Assembly (NCBI GenBank): GCA_963710755.1 | Contig: CAVQBK010000003.1 | Span: forward strand, 1,120,001 to 1,184,000 | Direction of reading: 5' to 3' | Origin: an uncultured bacterium | Lineage (GTDB): Bacteria; Oederibacteriota; JAAXVQ01; JAUVAV01 | DNA length: 64,000 bases | Shown: positions 18,883 to 28,956 of the stretch, one piece after another | Position numbering within the stretch: position 1 is the stretch's first letter | How the letters are laid out: each line of letters begins with the position of its first letter | The notes under the pieces: model-generated | What the model was told of the DNA's origin: nothing | The model's input: only the letters and a program-made list of their open reading frames with translations | Database searches by the model: none | Made by a program: the position numbers and the translations under genes

Positions 18883-19236
18883 TCAAATCGTGTTAAGTTC
18901 ATCAACCAAATTATTAATCAGCTCCTGATGTTCAGGATTAATATTTTCAAAAGCCATGCCAAAAATAATAACCTGTTTATCATCATCCCGATCAGACCAT
19001 TTAATATGGCCTTTGCCAGTTAACGTTGAAAACGGTTCGGGTAAGGTTAAACGATAGGTTAGACTGGAAGAATCGATCATGGGTTTGGGGATGGGAACAC
19101 TTATGCGCATCCCGCCCAGACTTATATTGAGCACTTGACCGGCAGACGTAATTACGGCCTGTGTTCGAGCATCAATAAAGGTACAACTTATTGGAAAATC
19201 TATATCCACCCGTGGGAAACGCCGATTTTTAACCAT
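18883..19236 (-). CDS. Stand-alone PilZ domain protein
   Basis: RRFPR and NISLGG; paralogue of 14043-14393 (LPEPF, G.G..KW). Confidence 0.9.
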   Translation of the reverse strand: MVKNRRFPRVDIDFPISCTFIDARTQAVITSAGQVLNISLGGMRISVPIPKPMIDSSSLTYRLTLPEPFSTLTGKGHIKWSDRDDDKQVIIFGMAFENINPEHQELINNLVDELNTI

Positions 19237-19483
19237 AGCTCACCTGCAGTTTAATATAAACACCTTACAAGTTTACCAAATTTAAGCAACAGAAGCCGGA
19301 TTTTTGTTAGGGTACCTCCAAAATAGGAGAAAGATACGAATACCGGTGATTTGAAATTAAACAATTTCCCGTCATATAAGGGAATCGATAAAATACTAAG
19401 TTAGTTACGGAAGTATCTTTTTATGATTTAATGGGGTAAAAGCATCAGAAAAATTAAAAATAGAGCAAAAATCAACAAAAAAA

Positions 19484-19870
19484 CTATTTTTTAAATAACA
19501 TTGATAATGATTCGTGCTCCGATGACAACTCTTCCATAATATGACTTAGTTCCAGACGATGCTGCTGATCGGGATTGGAAAAGGCCAGGCCAATTTGAAC
19601 ATGACTTTGATCAGGATCCTGAAAAGTCCACTTAATATCTCCTTGACCATAAAGGCTTTCGAAAGGTTCTGGCAAATGAATTTGATAATGCAAATGTTGT
19701 GCTTCTTTGGCCCAGCTATGATCATTTAATGGCAAAGCAATTTTCATTCCACCCATACTTATATCTTTGATAATGCCTGATGTGGCCATGGTATCATTAT
19801 CATTCTTTTTCAAGGCGCACGATACAGGAAGGTTTACATCTACTCTTTTAAATTGTCTTTGGTTGTTCAT
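19484..19870 (-). CDS. Stand-alone PilZ domain protein
   Basis: RQFKR and DISMGG; LPEPF paralogue signature. Confidence 0.9.
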   Translation of the reverse strand: MNNQRQFKRVDVNLPVSCALKKNDNDTMATSGIIKDISMGGMKIALPLNDHSWAKEAQHLHYQIHLPEPFESLYGQGDIKWTFQDPDQSHVQIGLAFSNPDQQHRLELSHIMEELSSEHESLSMLFKK

Positions 19871-19909
19871 GTTGCAGTCCCCTCATTAAGGCATTAAGTG
19901 TTAAATTAA

Positions 19910-19937
19910 TTATCGGATTAATTCATGGTCAGCTTTA
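19910..19937 (-). promoter_or_regulatory. sigma28-like promoter for PilZ gene
   Basis: Minus strand TAAA-N16-TCCGATAA. Confidence 0.45.
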
Positions 19938-20847
19938 GGATCAATTGAAATAGTTCGATACTATTACAGTAAGATGACCATTATTTAAATGATCACTAAT
20001 AAGATAATAAAAATGATCAACGATTACGTGGTCTTGTGGTAGTCATCGGGAATTGAACCAGGTTATATGCTAATGGCAAGTAAAATGATAATGTTTATAA
20101 CATTGAATGGAAGGATGCTAAGAGCATCAGGAAAATTACTAATACTTACTGCCCTAAAACAAAGAAATCAAACCATTGGGGGCCGTAAACCGTTTTGTTT
20201 TTTTGGATATAATGGTTAAATAACTTAGAGTCTGTAGACGCGACCTAATGCAGCGTTAGGACTAGGTTTGATAATATTATTATTTTATAAAGGTTTTTGA
20301 ATTAAATAAAAAAAATAGGCAGCTGTAATATGAGGGGATTGTGGGACGGGTACTAAATCAGGTTGGATAAAATCATACTGTAATAAAATAATAACATTTA
20401 AAATAAAGGAAAAGAAAGATTGTATTAACAATAAAATTAAACTATATAGGCGATTAGAGTTAATTATAAGGATTGGCAAGGTGAAATTGATTTTACCAAG
20501 GAGGTGATGTTACCAGGACCTCATCAATTTATACAATTATTCGCAAGCGTAAAGCGTTAATTTAGAAATAATGATATTTTTCCACTGCCTCCTAAATACC
20601 CCAAGATTCAGTGCGAAACATTTTGTTAGGAATGAGGATTTAAAAACACCTATTTATAAACAATTTTACCTTAAATTTTAAATAAAATGAGTTAAATACT
20701 AATTAAATATCAAATTACTGACTATTACAACAGTAATTAATAACATGAATTTACTAGGAGTGTAAGCAATTAATCTATTCCATGAAGTGGATAGACGGCT
20801 ACGACCTCTCCTGTGTGTACAGGATTCATTACAGTGGGTGGAAACAT

Positions 20848-20921
20848 CCTTATCAAAAAAATATTATAACCGGTCAGGGCAGCCGAAAGTGTCCCTTTCC
20901 CATAATATTAATTCCGGTCGG
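20848..20921 (-). repeat. Dispersed copy plus adjacent degenerate copy of the 42-bp tRNA-Pro-linked repeat
   Basis: Reverse complement of 20891-20921 = CCGACCGGAATTAATATTATGGGAAAGGGAC, 30/31 identical to array unit 5; continues ACTTTCGGCTGCCCTGACCGGTTATAATATT. Confidence 0.85.
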
Positions 20922-21479
20922 TACCATTAGGTTTTCATTTTCTCCATTTGTTCGAACTGCTTAGGAGTGCAAGCGAGACGGTTGTACCTACTCGTCGATT
21001 ACCAAAGGATAAGCAAGTAACAAAGGATACCTTCGAATTAAATGAATGGTTTTATGGCCAGAAATAATGGGTTGACAAGTAGTCATTATTATAATAAGAA
21101 TATTGTAATGTCATGGAAAGGACAACTAAATAAAAGTGCAGTAGATGATGGTGATTTATAAATAGTGACCATTTTCCATTGAGCAGTAATGGAATGGTAA
21201 AGTGTCCATTGGGTATGCTTTTGATAGATGGCTTGGTTTATAAAAACTTAACATAAGAAAATAATAATATTAATTTATAGTCATAAAATTAATTTTATAA
21301 AATTATTTTATTACAGGGGAATTATATCTTAAATTAAGAATAAAGCGCTAGGCACCAAAGGGTTAAATTAATCACTTAAACTCAATCAATTTATTATTAT
21401 AAGAAAACATTGCGTATTTAAAAAAAATATGGTACATAAATAGAGGCATCAAATTCTTATAATAATATAAGGATGATTT

Positions 21480-22043
21480 ATGGAGAATCAATTACCCTTT
21501 CATCAGACCATAGCTTCCATTAAAGAGGTATTGTCAAAGAAGTCTTTTGTATTGGGGCTGTTTTTATCCAAAACAACCATGGAGGAGAAAGAAAAAATAG
21601 ATCTATTTATACTCATCGAGAACAACGATTTTATTGATGAAACAGTCAATCTTTTAACTACTATCCAAACAACCTATATCCTTAATCCTGATATTTGGTC
21701 CCTGGAAGCGCTTCAAAATACAGAACAAGACCATGTCCATGCTATTTTTAAAGAAGGTAAACTCATTTATTGGAATGCCATTGTCGATGTCCTGGCCAGT
21801 CAGGTATTTAAAGTTCGACCATATACGATATTTACTTTTGAGGTCAAACAATTCCATCAGCATGCAAAAGTGAAGTTTAATTATCAATTATATGGAAAAA
21901 AGGATAATGGATTATTGAATCAATGGGCTGGTCATCGGTTGGCTAACTCTTGTTTTTATGTTCCTTATTCCAATAAATATAAAGTAATGAGGTATTTTAA
22001 TAAAAATAACATTAAAAACACTCAAAAAGATGTATATTTCTGA
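21480..22043 (+). CDS. Degenerate minimal nucleotidyltransferase domain plus C-terminal Cas2/VapD-like domain (putative)
   Basis: VLGLFLS..EKIDLFILI and IFKEGKLIY follow the MNT pattern (GS/DxD eroded); C-term PYTIFTF..KVKFNYQLYG..GLL..G.RL.NSCFYVP. Confidence 0.55.
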   Translation: MENQLPFHQTIASIKEVLSKKSFVLGLFLSKTTMEEKEKIDLFILIENNDFIDETVNLLTTIQTTYILNPDIWSLEALQNTEQDHVHAIFKEGKLIYWNAIVDVLASQVFKVRPYTIFTFEVKQFHQHAKVKFNYQLYGKKDNGLLNQWAGHRLANSCFYVPYSNKYKVMRYFNKNNIKNTQKDVYF

Positions 22044-22465
22044 TGTATTATTATAAATTATTATCAATTATGTTTGGGATCAAGTTGATGCCTATTGTTT
22101 TAACTGGGCTATTCGGATTTATAATAAGTGAATTGTTTTTTTCATCTATTTTTTTTGGTAATAAAAATCTCTATTTACAGAAAAAAACAAAAAAAGATCA
22201 AAAAAATCCAACATTACTTTGGATTTATCAAATTTTATCATCATTTTTAACAGCATTTTTAATCCAAGTGTTTTTAATTTCCCTCCATGTTAATTCTTTC
22301 GTTGGTGGTAGTGTCATTGGTTTTGTACTTGCCATGGGGTTGATCGTTCCTATTCTTCTTCATGATTTCATCCGTTTTGACATACCTCTTTCTTTGGCGC
22401 CATTAAACCTATTATATCGAGGACTCCAGTTCACCTTAATGGGAGCCTTATTAGGCATTTTATAA
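22043..22465 (+). CDS. DUF1761-like four-TM membrane protein
   Basis: FIISELFFSSIFFG; GGSVIGFVLAMGLIVP; LMGALLG C-terminus. Confidence 0.6.
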   Translation: MYYYKLLSIMFGIKLMPIVLTGLFGFIISELFFSSIFFGNKNLYLQKKTKKDQKNPTLLWIYQILSSFLTAFLIQVFLISLHVNSFVGGSVIGFVLAMGLIVPILLHDFIRFDIPLSLAPLNLLYRGLQFTLMGALLGIL

Positions 22466-22843
22466 ACCTAAATAGTTCCTGCTGCGGATTGGTGTTGGTC
22501 CATCTTTTGGGAGGACGTCGGTTTGCAGAGCAAACCGACGCAGAGAAAAAACGGCTCCCACATGCGATTTTTTTCAATGCCGCCCCAAGGATGAACCAAC
22601 ACCTTGGTGGTCATTTAACAAAATGGCCTTTCCGCAAAAGGAACTACTTATGGTGGGTCTATTACAATAGGGATAACAGTTCCAGTCTAAATCCTTTGGC
22701 CTGATCTGGCCAGATCTCCCGTTTGCCTTAAACTCATGATGCATTAAAGACAAAAGCAGAGTATTTAATAGTATTACAATATGTTGGACTTAGCCGAGGG
22801 AACCTATACCCTTTATAAGTAGTCTATTGTTGAAAAATGGAAG

Positions 22844-23065
22844 GTGGGCATAATGATGGTAAGCATATTAAGAAACAAAGCCCTACCTGCAGAGCGATTA
22901 TTAGGATTGAGGGAGAAAGCCGGTGCAGATCAACTCAAACACGATTATTACCATAAAGTGGTTGGACGTTATCAACAAATCCTATTAAGGACTTATATTA
23001 AAAAACATCGTTTCCGCTGGTTTTGGATGACAATGAAGAAAAAAATACCCCTCTTGAATATTTAG
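22844..23065 (+). CDS. Hypothetical small basic protein
   Basis: 73-aa ORF; GGAAGG lies upstream of internal ATGs; no recognisable motif. Confidence 0.3.
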   Translation: MGIMMVSILRNKALPAERLLGLREKAGADQLKHDYYHKVVGRYQQILLRTYIKKHRFRWFWMTMKKKIPLLNI

Positions 23066-23169
23066 TCAAATAAGCTTAGACTCAAAAGGTCCTTTGGACT
23101 GGCCCGGTTGCAGGGGAGGTTTGGGTGGCCAAACAAGGGTGGTCGTTAAACAATGAAAGGGGAGTGCAA

Positions 23170-23658
23170 ATGAAAACTTCAGCATTTACAGCGCTTTTAA
23201 TTTTATTGCTTTCCGGATGCAGTACCACAACCTATGTTCAGGACAAGACCAAAGCAATGGCGAGTGGCAATGGATTTTTAAAAGCCATTATGGATCACGA
23301 GTATAAAACAGCTTATGAAAATTATCTTTCTCCAGGATTAAAATTTGGGGCACATGGACAATACGAGTATTTTTTGGCGGACTGGCAGGCTATTATCGAA
23401 AAATTCGGAAAAATAGAAAAAGCCCAGCTGGTGGCTTGGCAACCGGCGCCAGGTAAACATGCCCTGCAATTGTACTACCAAGTAAAGCACCAGCAAGTCA
23501 AAGTGCCGGTAACCTACCATTTGGTTTTGGAAGGCGACAAAACTCACGGGTACACGGTATTCATTGTGGATATTGGCAATGTCCAACCTTACCCGCCTCA
23601 AACGAATCCTCTACCTGAAAAAGTTAATTTGCCCGCACCGGTGGAAATTAATCCCTGA
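23170..23658 (+). CDS. Lipoprotein (possible NTF2-like fold)
   Basis: MKTSAFTALLILLLSGC lipobox; GGAG RBS. Confidence 0.75.
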   Translation: MKTSAFTALLILLLSGCSTTTYVQDKTKAMASGNGFLKAIMDHEYKTAYENYLSPGLKFGAHGQYEYFLADWQAIIEKFGKIEKAQLVAWQPAPGKHALQLYYQVKHQQVKVPVTYHLVLEGDKTHGYTVFIVDIGNVQPYPPQTNPLPEKVNLPAPVEINP

Positions 23659-23724
23659 CCATATGAGACGCTGGCCTTTGCAGGACCACCAGCTTTTTAC
23701 AGATGGAGGGATGTCTTATGCCGG

Positions 23725-24759
23725 TTAATTGGTGGAATGGCTGTGGATTTTAGCTATGGCTTCAGCGGCTGATTCGCGTACAGCGGCATCCGCGTCTTGG
23801 CAGGCATCATTTAAAGCCGGTATGGCATGATACGCGGTAGTCCCAATATAGCCCAAGGCTTCAGCGCAATAAAAGCGTACATCGTGGTGATTATCCTTTA
23901 ACCCCCAAATCAAGGCCGGAATGGCCTCATAACCAGCAGGACCAATAAAAGCAAAGCTCTCGGCAGTATAGCGCCGCACCAACTGGTCAGGATGGGCCAG
24001 CGTTTGAATAAGAGGTTGGACCAGCTCACTGATGCCAATCTGGCAGGACGCCAGCAAGGTGATTAGTTGATAATGGAGAAAATAGTATTTATCGAGCATG
24101 CTCTTGAATAGGGGCAGGACATGGTGCACGATCACCGTGTTTTTATCATCGTGAGGAGGCAAGGCAAAGGGGCGTAAGGATCCACTGTTATCCTTGAAGG
24201 CATTGAAGATTCGGATTAAATCACGGCGTTTGGGAAGTCCGATATTGGCCATGGCGTCCAGGGCGTGGTTGTAGGCAAAGTCTTCAGAGAGCGGTCCTTG
24301 CACCAGTTCGAACAAATCAGGAAAGGCATCATTGGCAGGGGGGCCGATCTGGCCCAATAATGTAATGAGGCGGCATCGTTTAAAAGAGGGCGCTTCTTTG
24401 ACAGCCTGGATGAGCGCCGGCACCAAGTAGGTGTTGTGAGGAGTCAATTTTTTAACGGCCATGGCCGCCATTTGGGACAGACTCTCCGATTTCCCCATGA
24501 CTAAAGTGATTAACGGTGAACAGATCTCAGGAATCGCCGGTTGGATTTTGGTGAGGGCCACAATGGCGGTGCCCTGGACAGCCTCATTATAATCCAAAAG
24601 CAGGGGGACCACTTCTTTGGAGGCGGTTTTAGCCTGTTGACCCATATCCCCCAGCGCTTTGACGGCATTTAGACGGTGCCGCCAGTCCAGGCGCCGGGTC
24701 TCTTTGATCAAGACCCGTAGATTAGCATCAATATCATAATTTGGACCTGAGGACATCAT
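23725..24759 (-). CDS. HEAT-repeat (PBS lyase-like) protein
   Basis: Repeated VR..AAEAL..IG..A..AIPAL..L.D units. Confidence 0.88.
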   Translation of the reverse strand: MMSSGPNYDIDANLRVLIKETRRLDWRHRLNAVKALGDMGQQAKTASKEVVPLLLDYNEAVQGTAIVALTKIQPAIPEICSPLITLVMGKSESLSQMAAMAVKKLTPHNTYLVPALIQAVKEAPSFKRCRLITLLGQIGPPANDAFPDLFELVQGPLSEDFAYNHALDAMANIGLPKRRDLIRIFNAFKDNSGSLRPFALPPHDDKNTVIVHHVLPLFKSMLDKYYFLHYQLITLLASCQIGISELVQPLIQTLAHPDQLVRRYTAESFAFIGPAGYEAIPALIWGLKDNHHDVRFYCAEALGYIGTTAYHAIPALNDACQDADAAVRESAAEAIAKIHSHSTN

Positions 24760-24810
24760 TGGGCCTCCTTGGGTTATTATTATACGACAAGTAATCTTTC
24801 CATTGTCCAG

Positions 24811-25708
24811 CTAATTTTTTAGCAGGTCCATAATGACAGGAACAATATCCGTCAGGTCGTGGATGCGGTGGGCATAGGCTTGGGCCAGCGGGCCATAAAG
24901 AATGGTAGGCACTGGATTAAGGGTGTGGCCGGAAGTGCTTAGATCTTCAATATTGCCGTGGTCACTGGCCAGAATCAAGGCAGTACGTTCAAGATCCAAG
25001 TGACTGAGCAGAGCTTCGACAAAGGTTTCCAAATCGTTCAAACAGGCCTGCACTTCCGGCCAATGCTGACGGTGCCCAAGAAGATCGGTCATAAAATATT
25101 CAAATAAAGTGAAATCATGTTGACTGGCCACCCTGGCCAGCCGGAGGCCGGCTTCGCGGGGGGCCAAATAGGGAACCGGTCTGCCCAAGGTTCGTAAAAA
25201 ATGTCCTGTAATATCGTGATAGACGGCCTGTCCTTGATCATAAGCGTCCTCATATCGCAAAGGAATTTGCGCGCATAACGCGGAATAAGTGGTGACCGAA
25301 TGGCGGCGCTTGCGGCGTTTAATTAAATCCCAATACTCTTTTCTGAAACCATTGGCAAAGGTGGCCTTAAATCCCGAGGCACGGCAACGTGAAAAAATAC
25401 TGTGTTGGCCTAGAATCGTTTTAAGGGCGTCATTGGGATAAGCGCTTTTATGATAACCCAATGCTTGGGGGGCGTTGATGCCGGATAGAAGCGCGGTCTG
25501 GCCGGTGGCACTTTGCGGGGTGCCGGCAATGCCCAGACGAGGCATCTGTCGGCACGATAGTCGCGACTTGACTAAGACCATGCCCATCAGCCACCAAGCG
25601 GCATTGACTGCCCAAGGATACAGGGAAAGCTGCCAGGGGATTGATGTCGCGGTTATCTTTCCCTAATCCCAGACCGTCAATAAAAAGAAGTAATACTTGT
25701 GTTGCCAT
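24811..25708 (-). pseudogene. Alkaline-phosphatase-superfamily metalloenzyme (iPGM/phosphopentomutase-like), frameshifted near 25539 (or sequencing indel)
   Basis: N-term LLFIDGLGLG..IVPTDA in one frame; LGIAGTPQSATGQT, TDLLGH, SDHGNIED, HTLNPVP in the other. Confidence 0.8.
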
Positions 25709-25725
25709 AGCTATCCTGTGTGCGG

Positions 25726-26677
25726 TTAACCGCGAACCGTGATTTCGAAAATGAAATAAATGTACAATGCCAATAAAGCCAGCCCGTGTAAGCGGGTAAG
25801 ATGTGGTGATTTTTTACCCCAGGGTATGATCAGTGAACTTCCGGCCAGCAACAACCAGAAATCCAAATGTAAAGCTTCGGCAGGAACGCGGATGGGGTTC
25901 AATAAGGACGCCACACCCAAAATAAGGAGCAAATTAAAAATATTAGAACCGATCAAATTACCTAAGGCCATATCGCTATGACCCCTAAATAGGGCGACCA
26001 GTGAAGCGGCCAATTCTGGCAAGGAAGTGCCGATGGCCACAACTGATAAACCGATGAAAAACTCAGATACGCCCAATTGCCGGCTAATATGAACGGCCCC
26101 CTGGATAAATAATGCGGAACCAAAGGCCAACCCCACCAGGCCGATGACAATCAGCACCCACGGCTTCCACCAGGCGTTGACCAATTGGTCCGGGCGGTTG
26201 GGGGGGGCTTGGGGATCGATCAGGAGAAGCGGTTTTAATGCAATAAAGGATGAACAGCACCAACAACAACAGCAATACCAGGCCGTCAATTCGTGACAGG
26301 TGCTGATTGGCGGCCAGGGCAAACGTCAATCCCGTAATACCCAGTAAAAAGGGGATTTCTCTTCGGACCAGTGAACGGTTGACGGACACGGGCCTCATTA
26401 AGGTCATGAACCCCAATACCAACCCCAGGTTGGCCATGTTGGAGCCGATCACATTACCCAGGGCGATACCTTGATTGCCTTGCCAGGAAGAAAGGGCGGA
26501 AACAAACAATTCGGGTGAAGAGGTACCCAAAGCCATGATGGTTAGGCCGATGACCAGCGGGGAAATACCGGCTCGAATAGCCAAGGTGCTGGATCCACGC
26601 ACCAAGGCCTCACTGGCCAGCCAAAGAAATACACCACCTACGACCAACTGTCCGATGGCCCAAATCATACTAACCAT
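25726..26677 (-). pseudogene. Ca2+/Na+ antiporter (YrbG/CaCA), frameshifted at a C8 tract (or homopolymer error)
   Basis: GTSSPEL..GNVIGSN in first frame, GTSLPEL..GNLIGSN in second; C8 at 26200-26207, C7 restores the frame. Confidence 0.85.
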
Positions 26678-26788
26678 GCTCAGACTTCCGGCCCTGAACC
26701 AAGACGACGGGCACGAGCGGTACCAACCAGGCCACGTCCAAGTCGTAACCGCAAGACAATAGGGGGATCATTGTGGGAGGGACTCAAC

Positions 26789-27955
26789 CTAGGAATACTC
26801 CAGGAAAAGCTCGTGCATTTCATCGAAACGGTCCAGGAACAGATCTAATAAATGGGGATCGAAATGCGAAGCCCGTCCCTCTTTAAGGATGCCAAATACC
26901 TGTTCCGGTGGAAAAGGATCCTTGTAGGGGCGTTTGGAAAAGAGCGCATCGAACACATCGATGATGGCCAGTAGGCGTGCTGCCAGCGGAATTTCTTCCC
27001 CCTTGAGCTGGTTGGGATAACCATTGCCGTTCCATTTCTCATGGTGAGAATCAGCAATATCCACGGCCAGCTTGAGCAAGGGCGCCTGTCCTAATATGGC
27101 CGCACCTTTGGTGGTATGGGTTTTCATAATTTCGAACTCATTGTCGTCTAAAGAACCTGGTTTGAGCAGTATGCTGTCAGGAATGGCCACCTTGCCAATA
27201 TCATGCATCATCATAGATACCCGCAAGTTTTCAAGATCTTTAGCGCCAATGCCAATGGCTTTGGCCAAGCGGACGGCATATTCACCGCAGCGTTCAATAT
27301 GCAAACCAGTGTCGTGATCGCGGAATTTTTCAGCCTTGGCCATATTGAGCATGCTGCTGATATAGGCGCTCTTGACTTCGTCATACAGGCGGGCATTATC
27401 AATGGCTACGGAGACTTCGGCCGCCATGGTTTTAAGTCGTTGCGCGTCGGCCGCGGTGAATGTACCCCGGGCCTTGTTCAAGACTTCCAACACGCCGATG
27501 CGTTTACCTTTGATGGGAATGGGTGTGGCAATGAGATTTTTGGTGACGAATTTGGTTTTGTCATCCACCTGCTTGTAAAAGTACTTGCTTTTAGCGGCGT
27601 CGGGAATAAGTAAGGTTCTCCCAGTAAGAAAGGAGCGGCCGGCCACGCCTTTATCGGCAGGCATGCGAATAACTTTTAACACATCCTTCTTCGTACCAGT
27701 TGCCAGATAAAATTTCAGCTCATTGCTCTCGGGATCATGAATTAAAATGGATGAGGCAGTGGCACCGAGCGTTTTTTCCATTAGTTGCATGGAGAGATTG
27801 AGGACTTCATCAATTTCCAAGGAAGAATTAATGAGTTTGATAATGCGGTCCCGGGCTGATATTGTTAGGGTTCCGCTCGAGTGGAGACGTTTGCCTTGGC
27901 GGCGTTTGGAAGCCGCAGCGCTTTTGCCCGGAGTTGATGAAGCACGTCTGGCCAT
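26789..27955 (-). CDS. GAF + HD-GYP cyclic dinucleotide phosphodiesterase
   Basis: GAF (GVAG, FYKQVD, IGVLEVLNK); HDIGK, HHEKWNGNGYP, DVFDAL..RPYK. Confidence 0.93.
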   Translation of the reverse strand: MARRASSTPGKSAAASKRRQGKRLHSSGTLTISARDRIIKLINSSLEIDEVLNLSMQLMEKTLGATASSILIHDPESNELKFYLATGTKKDVLKVIRMPADKGVAGRSFLTGRTLLIPDAAKSKYFYKQVDDKTKFVTKNLIATPIPIKGKRIGVLEVLNKARGTFTAADAQRLKTMAAEVSVAIDNARLYDEVKSAYISSMLNMAKAEKFRDHDTGLHIERCGEYAVRLAKAIGIGAKDLENLRVSMMMHDIGKVAIPDSILLKPGSLDDNEFEIMKTHTTKGAAILGQAPLLKLAVDIADSHHEKWNGNGYPNQLKGEEIPLAARLLAIIDVFDALFSKRPYKDPFPPEQVFGILKEGRASHFDPHLLDLFLDRFDEMHELFLEYS

Positions 27956-28017
27956 ATAATCCTCCTGTAGGTTATGAACTGCCTATTGTCCCATGAGTGT
28001 CCTATAAAAGCAAATCC

Positions 28018-28956
28018 TTAAACATCAGGGCGTCGTGGAAACGACTCGGTCTTACGGATGACTTGCTGAGCCGCGCCGCGCGGTGCCAGCCAACCCTGGT
28101 AAAAAGCAATGCTGCCCAAGGCCAGGGCTATGCCTAACAATTGTCGCAGCTGCAAAGGTTCATTAAAAAACAACCGACCCCATATAATCGCCAACAGTGG
28201 TTGCAACAATAGCAGCAGGCTGCCCTGATGCCCCGGCATTCTGACAATCGTAGCCTGAATCAGAAGCCATCCTGCCACTTGGGCCACCAGGGCCATGGCC
28301 AGCATGATGAGATAATCGCGGCGGCCATATCCCAGCAGGTGGCCGTTTTCCACCACCAGCAAATAAGTGCCGATAAGCACGGCGGCGGTGAGCATGATCA
28401 GAAACAAGTTAATTACTTCCGGAAAAGCGCCGGGGCCTCGGTCATGGGCCATGCGCAATCCCATCAGGAAGCCGGCGTAGGTCAACCCCACCAGCACGCC
28501 CATGATCAGACCATGCATCGATGTGCCCGCCGGCAGACGCTCGGGTATGGCCCAGTAGAGACCGAGGAACACCAGAGGCATCAGCAGCCAAAACAAGGGA
28601 TGCACTTTTTCTTTGAAAAAGAAAATCATAAACAGGCTCACGAATATCACCTGGGAATTGCCCAGCAAGGTAGCCGGGCCGGCTCCCAGCATAATGATGG
28701 TTTTGTGCCATAAAATTAAATCGACAGCCAAGAACAAACCGGCCAGCAATGGCCACCCGGCCCAAGACCAGGAGAAAGCACGACTATGCTTTTTAAAGCC
28801 AGGGATCATGATCAGTCCCAACAGGCAGGCGGCATTAAATGTTCGGTAAAAGGCACTCACTGTCGGCGGGACAGACACCCATTTGACAAACACCGGCGAA
28901 AAACTGATAGCCAGGACGCCCACTAAGAATTTAAATAATAACCAGTTGGGTCTCAT
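28018..28956 (-). CDS. EamA/DMT family transporter
   Basis: About 10 TM segments; ISFSPVFVK, AFYR, GAGPATLLGNSQ, LLLLQP, FFNEPL. Confidence 0.9.
   Translation of the reverse strand: MRPNWLLFKFLVGVLAISFSPVFVKWVSVPPTVSAFYRTFNAACLLGLIMIPGFKKHSRAFSWSWAGWPLLAGLFLAVDLILWHKTIIMLGAGPATLLGNSQVIFVSLFMIFFFKEKVHPLFWLLMPLVFLGLYWAIPERLPAGTSMHGLIMGVLVGLTYAGFLMGLRMAHDRGPGAFPEVINLFLIMLTAAVLIGTYLLVVENGHLLGYGRRDYLIMLAMALVAQVAGWLLIQATIVRMPGHQGSLLLLLQPLLAIIWGRLFFNEPLQLRQLLGIALALGSIAFYQGWLAPRGAAQQVIRKTESFPRRPDV

Noticed and set aside
20037-20064. tRNA 3'-fragment (att site) on minus strand, GGTTCAATTCCCGATGACTACCA
   Set aside because: T-stem does not pair and the acceptor spacing is 2 nt short; no integrase nearby.
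19871-21479. Replication origin in the AT-rich gap
   Set aside because: No clustered TTATCCACA DnaA boxes seen and no dnaA, gidA or parAB context.
22763-22790. Chromosomal dif site (ATTTAATAGTATTACAATATGTTGGACT)
   Set aside because: Only the outer ends resemble dif; the inner AA-N6-TT core is not matched.
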